From: Candidatus Poseidoniaceae archaeon
GTDB taxonomy: Archaea > Thermoplasmatota > Poseidoniia > Poseidoniales > Poseidoniaceae
DNA length: 32,000 bases
NCBI GenBank assembly: GCA_943789275.1
Contig: CALSTM010000002.1
Span: forward strand, 390,001 to 422,000
Direction: 5' to 3'
The translations under genes and the position numbers were made by a program. This document shows positions 22,371 to 30,766 of this stretch, piece after piece; position 1 is the first letter of the stretch, and the number at the start of each line of letters is the position of its first letter. The notes under the pieces were generated by a model. It was not told where the DNA came from. It ran no database searches and was given only the letters and a program-made list of their open reading frames with translations.

Positions 22371-25300
22371 ATGCCTGCTCCAAGACGTTCCGCACCACGG
22401 CGTACTGCACCTGTAACCTCGGGTCTCCTCGAAAAAGCAACTGCTCCGGCATCAAATGGAACGATTTACAACGATACAACGCGAGTTGAACAGCCGATGA
22501 TCATTCGAAGTCCGGGGAACCCGATTGATTCAGCCAATCGAGACTTGATGAAATTCTCTCAACTTATCATGATGGGTATTGCCCTTGCCGCAATCTGGGG
22601 TGGATTGTACAACATCGCCTTCGCCGAAGATGCTTCGAACGACGATTTCCTAATTCTGTTCCTCGGAGGGTTTTTGTCTGCAGGAATCGCCATTGGTTGG
22701 ATTGCAGCACAGAGTAAAAAGAACGACTATGTTCTCTTTGAAGTTCAAGACTACATGCTTGGTATCGGCCTCTTCTTTGCAACAATTGGAACCGTTTGGG
22801 GCTCTCGATGGTTGATTGGATTCGTCACAGGCGAAGGTATCACCGATGTCTTCGGAAGTCAAGCTCAATTCTTAGCAGGCGGATGGACAGACCCAGTGAC
22901 AAACGAATGGGTCGACTGGCATCCGAATGCAAAGGCGATCTATGTTCAAACCGCCGCCATCATGGCGCTTATCTTCGCAGAACTCCAACTCTTCAAACGT
23001 TTCAAAGGAGCGACTGGATTTGGTCGGGCTGTCTCAGCATACGCCCCAATTCTGGTGTTGGTTGCTGCTGGAATGGGTCCTTGGATGCGGTGGACTGACA
23101 ATGTCATCTCCTACGAGATGGGACTGTCCCTCATTTTGCTTTGCTTTGCCTCAATGGAATTGGCGCTACGATCCAACAAAGCGTTGAATTTCGTGGTCGT
23201 GGCAGTTGTATCCGGCCTTACTCCTATTTTGTTTGAAGTATTCAATACCAACGCAGAAGTTGGTGGAGAAGGGGGCGCATTGTCCCTGCTCGTATTCATT
23301 ATTGCCATCCAAGGATATTACGCTTCAAGGCAAGAGTTGCGCTCTGAATTAATTCAGAAGGCATCCATCGTCTTGGTCGGTGAAATTGTATTTGCCATGT
23401 TTGTTGCTCGTAGCCAGGACCTCAACCTCCACCTTGGCCCTGTTAAGTCTACGGAACTCGGCATCGACCATCTCTTTGGTTTGAGTGTCGCCTTGTGGAT
23501 TGCTGTTCTCGCTTTTTACTTTCCTGCAGTACAACAACGAAGAGTCCCTTGGATGCCAATTGGTCTAGCAGCAGCCTTGGTCGTTTTGCCAAATGATGGG
23601 AGTGTCATCCCATGGGCTATCTCACTGTTGATGGTGCCTTACATGCTCTTCATCGCAAAAGCAACTCGACGATGGGTTGCAGATTACACATTCACTATGC
23701 TCGCAGTTGCTTACTTCATGACCGATGTTATTGCCAACATAGAGAACATTCCGCTTTCAGGAACCTTTGGTTATGATGGGATGCAGGTCGTGATACCGAT
23801 TGCTCTGTTCATTACCTCTGAATTCGCACGACGTACTGATAAAATATCCTCTTGGACACACTTGGTCATGCTCGCTGCTCTTGTCCTCTCACGAACAATT
23901 ATTCAAGCTGAGGATTGGTTTATGCCATGGATATTTGTTGGCTATATGCTGTACCTCGCCCGGGATGCGTTCTCGAAATTGTCCGAAGAAAGCGAATGGA
24001 AAGAGAAGATGCAGGCGACACTCGTCGTCATTATTGCCAATGCCTCGATGATACTTCTCGCTGTTATTGACCGACTGGATTTACCACAGATTCTCGATAA
24101 GGTTCCCCTTCCAGAATACTTTAATTATCAAATTTTTATTCTTGGGATTATAAGCTATCTCATGCTCTACAAAGCCCGTACTATAGAATTAGATGCGGGT
24201 CTTTTATTCAATTGGACAAAGCGTCTTGCATCAAAAGCTCCGGTTTACAATCCTGAAACGAACACATGGACAACACCAAACCAAGATACTGAACAGGAAG
24301 TTGTGGACTGGCAAGAGAAGAACAGTTGGAGCCAACTCACCCGTATTTCGCTTGTTGTACCTTTCTTCATGATGAGTTTTAGTCTAGTGACGATGTCAGA
24401 CCCCTGGAATGGTTTCGATACCGACGGTTCTCAATCACTGGTGACCCACCCATGGATTTTGATGCTCTTAGCACCTGTTTATGGATTGGTCCATGAAATT
24501 CGAGGAATGGAGACCATTTCCTCAACGGTCCGTTCAGCAGGTGTTTGGGTTTTGTTCGCTATTACGGTACCTGTATCAATTAGTTTCAATATCGTTCGAA
24601 GTGAGATGCTCCAATTACCAGAGTATGTAGATTATGCAATCATACCGGTTCCAATTCTACTCGACCTTATCTTACTCAGTGCTCCGTTGTATGTGAACAG
24701 TTTGATCACAAAACGTGGAATTGACACCGAACATTTGTCCGAAAATGCAGACCGTTGGGCCATGCTCGGCCTGATTGCATTTGCGTGCCTTGATACATCG
24801 GGTGGCTTGCTGTTAATCTCTATGCTTGGACTGGTAACGGTGCGAAGTGTCCGACATCGACATGTCATTCCATTGATGATTTCTCCGGCTGTGTTCATCC
24901 TCTTGCAGTCAACTTGGCTGACTTACACTGGAATCGCTCGAAGATTGTTGGAATCAATGGATGCTCTTTCCTACGACTTCATGGACGACGGTTTCCTCGG
25001 CTTACCACGAATTGGAGGCCTCATTATCTCTGGCCAAATGTTGTATGCCATCATTATGGACAACCAAATGGTGAAAGACAGTTCATCGAACCGTGAACCG
25101 TTACCGTGGTACGGTTTGTGGGGATGGGCGTTGGTAGGAATCCTTGCTGCCTCGTCAAGCATCGGATGGATACCTGCTATCTTCTTTGCTTTCCTCATGG
25201 TCAACTCATGGCTTTCGGGTACCGTCAACTCAATGCCAGTGCTCCACTTGGGATTCATGGTGAGCCTCATTGTTGGAATGGGAGTTGAAGATGTCACCAG

Positions 25301-26486
25301 CACCTTTGCATTGGCCTTCTCTTGGAGCGCTTTAATCACTGGATTTGCAGCGCTTGGATTCAGTTCAATGGGCAGCAATGGAATGTTGTTCAAGAATGTT
25401 CCAGCGGCTCGTGAAGAGTTTTACACCGATGGACGTAAATCTGAAATCATCAACACGCTCTACATCGCCACCTATGTTCTGTTTTTGCTAAGTTACGAAG
25501 CGCTCAATGGAGTTGGTACCATCATCGGCGCTGTGGTCCTCACACGTGATATCGTCACCAAGGGTTATACAAGCGCTGCTTTGTTTGTTCCAGCCATACA
25601 CGCTCTAGCGTTGTTTAACCTTCTTGTGCAAACTGAGATCAACATGGTGCCAGAAGGCGTATTGCTTGGTTCAGTTCTCTTGGTCGAAGGATTAGCTGTA
25701 TCTTGGTTTTCCTTGCAAAACGACAGAGTGTACGACTTCAAATTCTTTGATTGGGAGAACGATGATGTATTCCTGGATTTCATTGACCGACTCGGGATTG
25801 CTGGGGTGTTGTTTTCATTGTCTGGGATCTTTTTCATATTCGCTGATTTCGATCAGTCAACGGTTGGATGGCTGTTAGCAACGGTCGTGCTCATTGCAGT
25901 AGGAATTCAAGGATATTCACCAGAGAACGATGCACGCTGGAGACGTATTATCGGCGGGTACGGCTCGATCTTTGCCTTTATCGGCTTCAGCAGTGGAATA
26001 GACAGCAACACAATGCAATCTCTTTCTTGGATTGGAGTTGGTCTGATTGCACTGGGATGGGGATTCTTAATGATGCAACGTCTTGAAAATGACGAAGCCA
26101 TCTATGAAAACGACCCCGATGCTGTGCCAATGGCCATCGCTTCGAACCAAGCCATTCTCATGGTTGAGCAAGCAGTCGAAATCCCTGAGCCGGTATTCGA
26201 GCAAGAGGATGAAGAACCAACTGAAATGGAAGAAGCTGTTCCTCAACCTGAACCGGTCGTAAAGAAAGCGACTCCAAAGGCTAAAGTCAAGCCAGTGGTG
26301 GAACAAGTTGTTCTCCCCGCTGCCATCGAGACCGGATTAGGATTTGAGATTCGACTACCACCTGGTAAACTCGAAGCCATTGTCAAGTCAATCAGTTCAA
26401 CACCGCATGAAGGTTACAAGCCGGTTGTTGGTTTGCATGAGAGTGGTAAAATTGTCATTGATTGGGTTGAAGTTCATTCAAGCTAA
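22371..26486 (+). CDS. Giant polytopic integral membrane protein (~1371 aa, roughly 35 predicted helices), unknown function
   Basis: A single uninterrupted ORF. The track starts at TTG 22347; ATG 22371 is preferred. The basic N-terminus (PAPRRSAPRRTAP) is followed by near-continuous hydrophobic 15-25-aa segments up to aa ~1190. Next comes an acidic/Pro-rich linker (EIPEPVFEQEDEEPTEMEEAVPQPEP, KKATPKAKVKP) and a small C-terminal domain (GFEIRLPPGKLEAIVKSISS..GKIVIDWVEVHSS). I recognise no catalytic or transport motif. Confidence 0.8.
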   Translation: MPAPRRSAPRRTAPVTSGLLEKATAPASNGTIYNDTTRVEQPMIIRSPGNPIDSANRDLMKFSQLIMMGIALAAIWGGLYNIAFAEDASNDDFLILFLGGFLSAGIAIGWIAAQSKKNDYVLFEVQDYMLGIGLFFATIGTVWGSRWLIGFVTGEGITDVFGSQAQFLAGGWTDPVTNEWVDWHPNAKAIYVQTAAIMALIFAELQLFKRFKGATGFGRAVSAYAPILVLVAAGMGPWMRWTDNVISYEMGLSLILLCFASMELALRSNKALNFVVVAVVSGLTPILFEVFNTNAEVGGEGGALSLLVFIIAIQGYYASRQELRSELIQKASIVLVGEIVFAMFVARSQDLNLHLGPVKSTELGIDHLFGLSVALWIAVLAFYFPAVQQRRVPWMPIGLAAALVVLPNDGSVIPWAISLLMVPYMLFIAKATRRWVADYTFTMLAVAYFMTDVIANIENIPLSGTFGYDGMQVVIPIALFITSEFARRTDKISSWTHLVMLAALVLSRTIIQAEDWFMPWIFVGYMLYLARDAFSKLSEESEWKEKMQATLVVIIANASMILLAVIDRLDLPQILDKVPLPEYFNYQIFILGIISYLMLYKARTIELDAGLLFNWTKRLASKAPVYNPETNTWTTPNQDTEQEVVDWQEKNSWSQLTRISLVVPFFMMSFSLVTMSDPWNGFDTDGSQSLVTHPWILMLLAPVYGLVHEIRGMETISSTVRSAGVWVLFAITVPVSISFNIVRSEMLQLPEYVDYAIIPVPILLDLILLSAPLYVNSLITKRGIDTEHLSENADRWAMLGLIAFACLDTSGGLLLISMLGLVTVRSVRHRHVIPLMISPAVFILLQSTWLTYTGIARRLLESMDALSYDFMDDGFLGLPRIGGLIISGQMLYAIIMDNQMVKDSSSNREPLPWYGLWGWALVGILAASSSIGWIPAIFFAFLMVNSWLSGTVNSMPVLHLGFMVSLIVGMGVEDVTSTFALAFSWSALITGFAALGFSSMGSNGMLFKNVPAAREEFYTDGRKSEIINTLYIATYVLFLLSYEALNGVGTIIGAVVLTRDIVTKGYTSAALFVPAIHALALFNLLVQTEINMVPEGVLLGSVLLVEGLAVSWFSLQNDRVYDFKFFDWENDDVFLDFIDRLGIAGVLFSLSGIFFIFADFDQSTVGWLLATVVLIAVGIQGYSPENDARWRRIIGGYGSIFAFIGFSSGIDSNTMQSLSWIGVGLIALGWGFLMMQRLENDEAIYENDPDAVPMAIASNQAILMVEQAVEIPEPVFEQEDEEPTEMEEAVPQPEPVVKKATPKAKVKPVVEQVVLPAAIETGLGFEIRLPPGKLEAIVKSISSTPHEGYKPVVGLHESGKIVIDWVEVHSS

Positions 26487-27857
26487 TCGCCGTTCAGCAC
26501 CTTGTGAACCGGTTACTGAAGTTACGTAATCGGATTGCGGAGCCGACGGGTAGGCAGACCAATACGTTTCACGCATCTCTTGGTTAGCATCCATGCATGC
26601 AACCACGTCACCTGGCCGTTGGGAGAGTTCAACCGTCTGGTTTAGGTGAGCAATAATCGGTTCGATGTTCGAGAGATTCACCAAACCCCAGCCGGTTTGA
26701 GTACATGGGGCGACCGGCGAGATGGGCATTGTTCCAGAGGTTGGGTCCCAATCAAGTTCGGGATACCAAGCTGAAAGGTTGAGCGCTTCGCGAACTTGGG
26801 AATTTGAAACTTGGAAGGGGTTTCCTTCGTCATCTGAACCGTTGACAAGCATGCCTTCTCGCAATGCAGGGGATGCACCAGAACGGTCATCGTTAAATTC
26901 TGCTCGAAGTGATTCCAGAACGAAAGACAGTATACCAGCAGTTCGAGGTGTGGCGAAAGAAGTTCCCGATGTTTCGTGATACCCTTCGATATCATCGTGG
27001 TTCGGAAGAACCTGAGTCCAATCAGCAGAAATGTCAGGGTACGAGCCAGACATGATTTCTTTTTGGTCATCGCCTTCTTCAGCATAACCTGCAATACCAA
27101 TCGACCATGGTGGCCCAGCTGTGGCGTCTTGAATCGCTGGGGAAGGACTGTTGTCTGCAGCACCTGCATGCATCTTACCATGCTCCACTACAGCGACCTC
27201 AGTTCCACGCTCAATACCCGGTACAGGTAAGGAGCCCGGAGCTCCAAAAGAAGTCGAAATAATATCTACCAAAGGCTGATTCGCCGCTGCAAGTACTGCT
27301 TCAGTACTGAACCCTTCGACGAAGAAGATGACGGCGTTTGGATTCGCATCCAATACAGCACCTGTTACCGCAGAGCCGTGGCCATCGCTTGGGTCGTCGA
27401 GAATGAGAATCTCGCTGTCACCGTCCGGAGAAGAGCCGATAATTTTGGTCCCTGGAAAGTAAACAATATCTGAAGCAGCCAAGGTGTCCCAACATGATGA
27501 CTTGTCCGAATCGTAGCGTTCTTGCCATGTACCCTCAAAGGTTAGCTCGCAAATTTTGTTGACCCCTAATCCCTCCAACAGCCAATCTGGGTACGTCTCA
27601 TTGGTTCGGAAATGGTCGTGGTAGACATTGATACCTGTATCGATTGGCGCAACGACGGAAAAGGCTCTCCAATCATCGTTTGACGATTCGTTTTCACTTA
27701 CACTTTGTTGGTTCGTTTCACCGCCTAAAGACAATGCAAAAAAGGAGAAAATTAAGAGAAAGGTTAGAATGCCAACAGCCACGAGAGATTTCGGAGCTAT
27801 CGAAGACTGCGGTGTGAGTTGAGCCGTCAACGCATCCTCTTCGGGGGTATCCGTCAT
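26478..27857 (-). CDS. Subtilisin-like serine peptidase (S8) with N-terminal signal-anchor
   Basis: VVAPIDTGINVYHDHF (Asp), SDGHGSAVTGAVL (His), GAADNS (Asn) and SGTSFATPRTAGILSFV (Ser). ATG 27857 is preceded by GGAGGGAGAG and yields MTDTPEEDAL..KSLVAVGILTFLLIFSFFALS. The listed 28115 start would run antisense through orn. Confidence 0.82.
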   Translation of the reverse strand: MTDTPEEDALTAQLTPQSSIAPKSLVAVGILTFLLIFSFFALSLGGETNQQSVSENESSNDDWRAFSVVAPIDTGINVYHDHFRTNETYPDWLLEGLGVNKICELTFEGTWQERYDSDKSSCWDTLAASDIVYFPGTKIIGSSPDGDSEILILDDPSDGHGSAVTGAVLDANPNAVIFFVEGFSTEAVLAAANQPLVDIISTSFGAPGSLPVPGIERGTEVAVVEHGKMHAGAADNSPSPAIQDATAGPPWSIGIAGYAEEGDDQKEIMSGSYPDISADWTQVLPNHDDIEGYHETSGTSFATPRTAGILSFVLESLRAEFNDDRSGASPALREGMLVNGSDDEGNPFQVSNSQVREALNLSAWYPELDWDPTSGTMPISPVAPCTQTGWGLVNLSNIEPIIAHLNQTVELSQRPGDVVACMDANQEMRETYWSAYPSAPQSDYVTSVTGSQGAERRLA

Positions 27858-27927
27858 AACTCTCCCTCCGAAGGGCACTTCAAGAACCCTACGCCCATTT
27901 GAAAAACTCATTCCTCTTGGGCGTTTC

Positions 27928-28482
27928 ATGGGTGAAGAAAATGAACGCTTGGTTTGGATTGACCTCGAAATGACGGGTCTGGACATAACCAAAGAGTCCA
28001 TCATCGAAATTGCGACGGTCATCACGGATGGTGAATTGAACATTCTGGCAACGGGCCCAAACTTGGCAGTAACGGTGTCAGAAGAACTGCTAGCAGGAAT
28101 GGATGAGTGGAACACATCGCACCATCATGCAAGTGGACTTGTCGAACGGGTTCGTACTCAAGGTGTCTCGTGCTCAAACGCCGAACTCCAAACACTTGAA
28201 TTCCTCAAAAAATGGATACCAAAAGGTGTTGCACCGTTGTGTGGAAACAGCATTTGGAACGACAAAAAGTTCATGGAAAAAGAAATGCCTCTCCTGGTCG
28301 ATTATCTGCACTATCGAATGATCGATGTATCGACGGTGAAAGAACTGGCTCGACGCTGGTACCCTGAAGCAGGGAGATACGAAAAGAAAGGAGCTCATTT
28401 AGCGCTTGATGATGTTCTCGAATCAATTGAAGAATTACGTTACTTTCGAGAGAAAGTATTCATTCCAAAAAAGCAATCATAA
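27928..28482 (+). CDS. orn: Oligoribonuclease (DEDDh 3'-5' exoribonuclease)
   Basis: LVWIDLEMTGLD (Exo I, D-E), EIATVITD, MDEWNTSHHHASGL, GNSIWNDKKFM (Exo II) and GAHLALDDVLESIEELRYFR (Exo III, H..D). The ~184-aa length is typical of Orn/REXO2. Confidence 0.88.
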   Translation: MGEENERLVWIDLEMTGLDITKESIIEIATVITDGELNILATGPNLAVTVSEELLAGMDEWNTSHHHASGLVERVRTQGVSCSNAELQTLEFLKKWIPKGVAPLCGNSIWNDKKFMEKEMPLLVDYLHYRMIDVSTVKELARRWYPEAGRYEKKGAHLALDDVLESIEELRYFREKVFIPKKQS

Positions 28483-29343
28483 TCGCCAATTCGGTGCATT
28501 TGCATCGACGTTCTTGAACGACGCCATCACTTGAGCGACAACAGCCACAGCAATCTCCTCTGGTGATTCCGCCCCGATGTTCAATCCAATAGGGCAAATC
28601 ACAGCGTCGAGGATTTCTTGAGAAATGCCTTCACTTTGGCATGTTTTCTGAAAGGCTTGCCACTTTGACCGGCTACCAATAACCCCTAATCGAGGACCGT
28701 TGACCCCATCAGGTAGAACGTTCTTGACATTGAACATATCAAGCAGTTTGAGAAGACGTTGTTGGTCTTCGCTCCAATCATGACCGAGCAGGAGGACATC
28801 CGAAAAGCGAGTCATCGATTGAAGCGTTTCCTTGGCAAAATAAGTATCAATTGCATCACTGGAACGGTAAACTGCATTCGGGTAAAGGGTTGAATCTGCA
28901 AATTCTGAGCGAGTATCGTGCACAGAATGCTTCCACCCTAATGCGTCAAGAGAGGCTGCAATCGCTTGGCCACAATGCCCTCCGCCCATTATCAACACAT
29001 GCGGCATTGGTATCATCACCTCTAACGAGAGGGTCACTTGACCCCCGCACAATGAATCAAGGGGCGTCACTTCATAGCCCTTCGCACCCTTGTTTAATCC
29101 AAATCGAAGCACTTCACCGAACGGTGCTCGGTGAGAGGCCAGAAGATTACGACATCGAGAGAGTACCTTCATTTCCAAACCTGCACCGCCAACTGTCCCC
29201 GTCCAATCTTGATTCAGGGACATAGCCAGACGAGCGCCTACCTTACCTGGGACGCTTCCAGCTGTCTCAACAACACTGGCAAGAACCACTCGCTGGCCAG
29301 AGGCCAACTGCGACAAAGCCCATGCCATCACCGCTGCAGTCAT
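28477..29343 (-). CDS. xdhC: XdhC/CoxI-family molybdoenzyme maturation (cofactor insertion) protein
   Basis: N-terminal VVLASVVETAGSVPGKVGARLAM (XdhC_CoxI), a central Rossmann-like IMGGGHCGQAIAASLDALGW, and C-terminal ICPIGLNIGAESPEEIAVAV. Confidence 0.85.
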   Translation of the reverse strand: MTAAVMAWALSQLASGQRVVLASVVETAGSVPGKVGARLAMSLNQDWTGTVGGAGLEMKVLSRCRNLLASHRAPFGEVLRFGLNKGAKGYEVTPLDSLCGGQVTLSLEVMIPMPHVLIMGGGHCGQAIAASLDALGWKHSVHDTRSEFADSTLYPNAVYRSSDAIDTYFAKETLQSMTRFSDVLLLGHDWSEDQQRLLKLLDMFNVKNVLPDGVNGPRLGVIGSRSKWQAFQKTCQSEGISQEILDAVICPIGLNIGAESPEEIAVAVVAQVMASFKNVDANAPNWRL

Positions 29344-29388
29344 GTACAGTGCTGCAGGCAGTTACACATACGCTTTACGCAAGCCGCT

Positions 29389-29982
29389 TCACAACTCGTT
29401 GAGGAGTTCTTGTTCATGGTGAGAAAGCGTTTGCAAATCCTCTGGTGTATCAATATTTAATCCAATCAGTGGAGCCTCAACAACGTGTTCTGTGAAGCGT
29501 ACGAGTTCCCTCAAAGAAGCATCAGCCTTTGCGGTCAAAACCGATTCAATAGCCACCGAATCCATGAAGACTGGATGGCCCTTTCGACCTTTGAAAGCGA
29601 GAGCTGCAGATGTTGTCAATGTGAGAAGAGATTTGACGTGAGCAATGGTCCAGCCGGGCCGATCAACCGGTGCAACAATCACGCCTTTGGGAAGGCGACC
29701 CTTCTCACCTGCTAACGACAAAAGCGCACATTGAAGACTTCCAGTTCGGCCCTTTTCAGGGGATGGGTTGGAAAGAACTGTCGAACCAACCGTTTCTTGC
29801 ATGATGTCGAATACAAGTTCTCTCCGGGTGACAATTACGATTGGTGAACAACCGGCTTTGTCCAGTTTTTTGTAGGCCATACCAACGAGTGTTGTGTCAC
29901 CAATTCGGACCAATGATTTGGGCTGTCCAAGTCGTTGGCTTGCACCTGCAGCGAGAATTATTGCTGGGTGAGTCCGAACCAT
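29389..29982 (-). CDS. mocA: MobA-like NTP transferase, probable molybdenum cofactor cytidylyltransferase (MocA-like)
   Basis: MVRTHPAIILAAGASQRLGQPKSL matches the MobA/MocA N-terminal nucleotide-binding loop, and there is a PVDRP motif. ATG 29982 (197 aa) is preferred over ATG 30051, which would add 23 basic residues and butt against the divergent gene's ATG in a CATG palindrome. Confidence 0.75.
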   Translation of the reverse strand: MVRTHPAIILAAGASQRLGQPKSLVRIGDTTLVGMAYKKLDKAGCSPIVIVTRRELVFDIMQETVGSTVLSNPSPEKGRTGSLQCALLSLAGEKGRLPKGVIVAPVDRPGWTIAHVKSLLTLTTSAALAFKGRKGHPVFMDSVAIESVLTAKADASLRELVRFTEHVVEAPLIGLNIDTPEDLQTLSHHEQELLNEL

Positions 29983-30021
29983 GTCAAGTTCACGAGGAAG
30001 TGGGCTTTGTCTTTTGCTCTT

Positions 30022-30029
30022 GATATAGA
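30022..30029. promoter_or_regulatory. TATA-like element (GATATAGA) in the divergent mocA / orphan-gene spacer
   Basis: It is centred ~25 nt upstream of ATG 30050 (+), which fits leaderless geometry, and ~43 nt upstream of ATG 29982 (-). It is the only A/T-rich hexamer in the 67-bp spacer. Confidence 0.3.
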
Positions 30030-30049
30030 CTCGATTTCTCTGGCTCTTC

Positions 30050-30766
30050 ATGTCTCAAACTGGATACAGAATGTCAGAGCCGGAACTTCGTTCCGTTGAA
30101 CTGCTTCAAGGGGTTGTCAGATCGACCTCTGCCACACTTGTTCTACTCACTCAAACCGAAATCAAGGTAAGGGTTCGAGGGGAATCAAAACGTTGGTATG
30201 AAATCTATGCCAAATACCACGGACATGATGATATTTTTGATCATGGTGACAACGGATGGAATTGCTCGGTGAACGCTGGAAGACGTGAGACCGACATCAT
30301 TGATGCCAACGATTATTGCGCTCAATTATGCCTTCATGCTAACGAACATAACCTCCCGATTGGCGACCAGGTCGTTTCTTTGATTCTATCGCTATCCAAC
30401 GACATCAAAACCGCAATGGAGATACCCTTGCTGGCTCAGTTCATTGTATGCACTCGGCAAATGTTGGCGAATATTATGATCTTCCAAGACACAATGATTG
30501 TTACCGAAGAGATGGCCGAATATGGGCACGATTGGATGGAAGAACAGCAAGAAGAGGAATTGCACAACCAAAATGCAGAGTATCAGCACGAACATTTGAT
30601 GGAGGAAATGTATTCGTTAGAAGATTTTCTTGATGAACAGAGAGAAACGGATGAAGAATTGGAGGCGCAAAGGGAAGCCATCGAAGAAAAGAAAAGGAAG
30701 AGAGACGAACAGTTAGCTGATTTTTGGAACCATGTTGCCGACAAACTCCATGATAACGACTCATAG
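30050..30766 (+). CDS. Hypothetical acidic protein with Cys/His-containing N-terminal half and E/Q-rich helical C-terminus
   Basis: A 238-aa ORF with no overlapping alternative. The N-half is RWYEIYAKYHGHDDIFDHGDNGWNCSVNAG..YCAQLCLHANEH. The C-half is EEQQEEELHNQNAEYQHEHLMEEM..EELEAQREAIEEKKRKRDEQ. I recognise no family. The start may be ATG 30050 or ATG 30071. Confidence 0.55.
   Translation: MSQTGYRMSEPELRSVELLQGVVRSTSATLVLLTQTEIKVRVRGESKRWYEIYAKYHGHDDIFDHGDNGWNCSVNAGRRETDIIDANDYCAQLCLHANEHNLPIGDQVVSLILSLSNDIKTAMEIPLLAQFIVCTRQMLANIMIFQDTMIVTEEMAEYGHDWMEEQQEEELHNQNAEYQHEHLMEEMYSLEDFLDEQRETDEELEAQREAIEEKKRKRDEQLADFWNHVADKLHDNDS

Noticed and set aside
26678-27181. A 167-aa minus-strand ORF and an 85-aa plus-strand ORF (26722..26979) nested in the second peptidase gene
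   Set aside because: They are alternative frames with no motifs. The S8 catalytic blocks define the real frame.
27858-28115. 5' extension of the second S8 peptidase ORF (listed start 28115), overlapping orn on the opposite strand
   Set aside because: The extension has no signal or peptidase features and runs antisense through the orn N-terminus. ATG 27857 has a strong GGAGGGAGAG SD and yields a proper signal-anchor.
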